A DNA stretch of 64,000 nucleotides from the NCBI GenBank assembly GCA_965197905.1, contig CBDAOB010000003.1, positions 320,001 to 384,000 on the forward strand, written 5' to 3'. Under the pieces are notes generated by a model. That model was not told where the DNA came from, did no database searches, and saw nothing but the letters and a program-made list of their open reading frames with translations. Positions within the stretch are counted from its first letter, which is position 1, and each line of letters starts with the position of its first letter. The DNA is from Candidatus Latescibacterota bacterium (GTDB lineage: Bacteria > Latescibacterota > UBA2968 > UBA8231). Positions 62,923-64,000 of the stretch are shown here, in pieces. A program made the position numbers and the translations under genes.

Positions 62923-64000
62923 TCACTGGCGCTCGATGCCGAGCTTCTTCATACGGCTGTAGAGAGTCGATGGTTTCATTCCCAGTATCTCAGCCGCACC
63001 GCGGTCGCCGCGAATCACCCAATTCGTCTGGTCCAAAATCAATTGTATGTACTGCCTTTCGTGCTCCTCCAGGGTGTGAATTGGTTGGTTCGCTGTGGCG
63101 CTGCCCTCTTCTTCAAAATGCAGGTGACGCGGCTCCACATCGGCGCCACGACTCTCGATGAGGGCTCGCCGGATGATATTCATCAACTCGCGCACATTGC
63201 CCGGAAATGAGTAGCCCATCAGACTGGCGACGGCTTGCGGGCTGAGCTCGGGGGGCTCGTGACCCATCTCCTCCGCAGAGAGTTGCAGGAAGTGCTGCGC
63301 CAGGAGTGGGATGTCCTCCCGCCGGTCCCGGTCGCGCAACGGCGCAATCGTCACTGTGAAGCGGGCGATGCGGAAATACAGATCGGCGCGAAAGCGCTCC
63401 TCCTGGATGCGCCGCTGCAGATCGACATTGGTCGCTGCCACGGCGCGCACGTCTACCTTCCGTCCCTCGCGAGCGCCAACGCGCCAAACCAGACCGTCCT
63501 CGAGGACGCGCAGCAGCTTGGGTTGCAGCTCCACCGGCATTTCGCCCAACTCGTCCAGGAAGAGTGTGCCCTCGTGGGCCATCTCGAAGTAGCCCACCCG
63601 GTCGGAGTCAGCCCCGGTAAAGGCCCCTTTGAGGTGGCCGAAAAGCAGCGATTCGGCAAGTTCGCGAGGAATGGAGGCGCAGTTCACGGGCACGAAAGGC
63701 CCTTCCCGCCGCTCCGAACCATAGTGGATGGCGCGGGCGATGAGTTCCTTGCCCGTTCCGTTCTCACCGGAAATCAGCACAGAAGTGGCGGGGTTCTCCT
63801 GCAACAGGCGAATGTCATCGAAAATCCGCTGAACCGTCGCACTCCTGCCGACGAAACCCTCCAAGCCCCAATGCTCGGCCTCGCGTTCGGACAGCATCGA
63901 CAGCTGCCCTTTGAGCGCTTTGCGCAACGCGGCTTCTTCCTCAAAGGCCCGGTTTTTTTCCTCCAACTCCTCATTGCTAGCTTCAAGCTCCCGGGTTCGT
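62923..64000 (-). CDS. sigma54-dependent Fis-family transcriptional activator (5' end outside the window)
   Basis: [33 protein letters not shown]-terminal HTH. Confidence 0.92.
   Translation of the reverse strand, partial: RTRELEASNEELEEKNRAFEEEAALRKALKGQLSMLSEREAEHWGLEGFVGRSATVQRIFDDIRLLQENPATSVLISGENGTGKELIARAIHYGSERREGPFVPVNCASIPRELAESLLFGHLKGAFTGADSDRVGYFEMAHEGTLFLDELGEMPVELQPKLLRVLEDGLVWRVGAREGRKVDVRAVAATNVDLQRRIQEERFRADLYFRIARFTVTIAPLRDRDRREDIPLLAQHFLQLSAEEMGHEPPELSPQAVASLMGYSFPGNVRELMNIIRRALIESRGADVEPRHLHFEEEGSATANQPIHTLEEHERQYIQLILDQTNWVIRGDRGAAEILGMKPSTLYSRMKKLGIERQ

Noticed and set aside
1..64000. Integron integrase, cas genes, reverse transcriptase, rRNA or tRNA genes
   Set aside because: No ORF or sequence with the diagnostic motifs was seen in this window.

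Overview
Bacterial accessory region of moderately high GC. The core (about 17.6-43.2 kb) is a long, mostly minus-strand array of short unrelated genes (GNAT, NUDIX, phosphatase, HAD, DoxX, TlpA, esterase, GST, methyltransferases). They are separated by more than 20 imperfect-palindromic attC-like sites from about three repeat families. This is an integron-type cassette array with no integrase in the window (CALIN-like). Two ORF-less group II introns sit inside attC-like sites in the same orientation as the cassette genes, and a third is reduced to about 170 nt. Two copies of a ~230-bp non-coding unit (1.28-1.52 kb and 17.6-17.86 kb) each carry a promoter-like leader and one 37-nt CRISPR-like repeat ending ATTGAAAC, followed by a different downstream sequence. 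Both abut attC-like sequence, and no cas genes are present; this is the best candidate for an undescribed system. Other content: IS630 (with a 445-bp internal duplication), IS5 and IS110 remnants, a 118-bp MITE, gdhA, an rsgA-like gene, ABC permeases, a pspA locus, and a sigma54-controlled lipid acylation cluster. Many genes are frameshifted, truncated or fused, reflecting either genome erosion or assembly artefacts. All product calls come from motif recognition by eye; no database searches were run, and attC boundaries are approximate.
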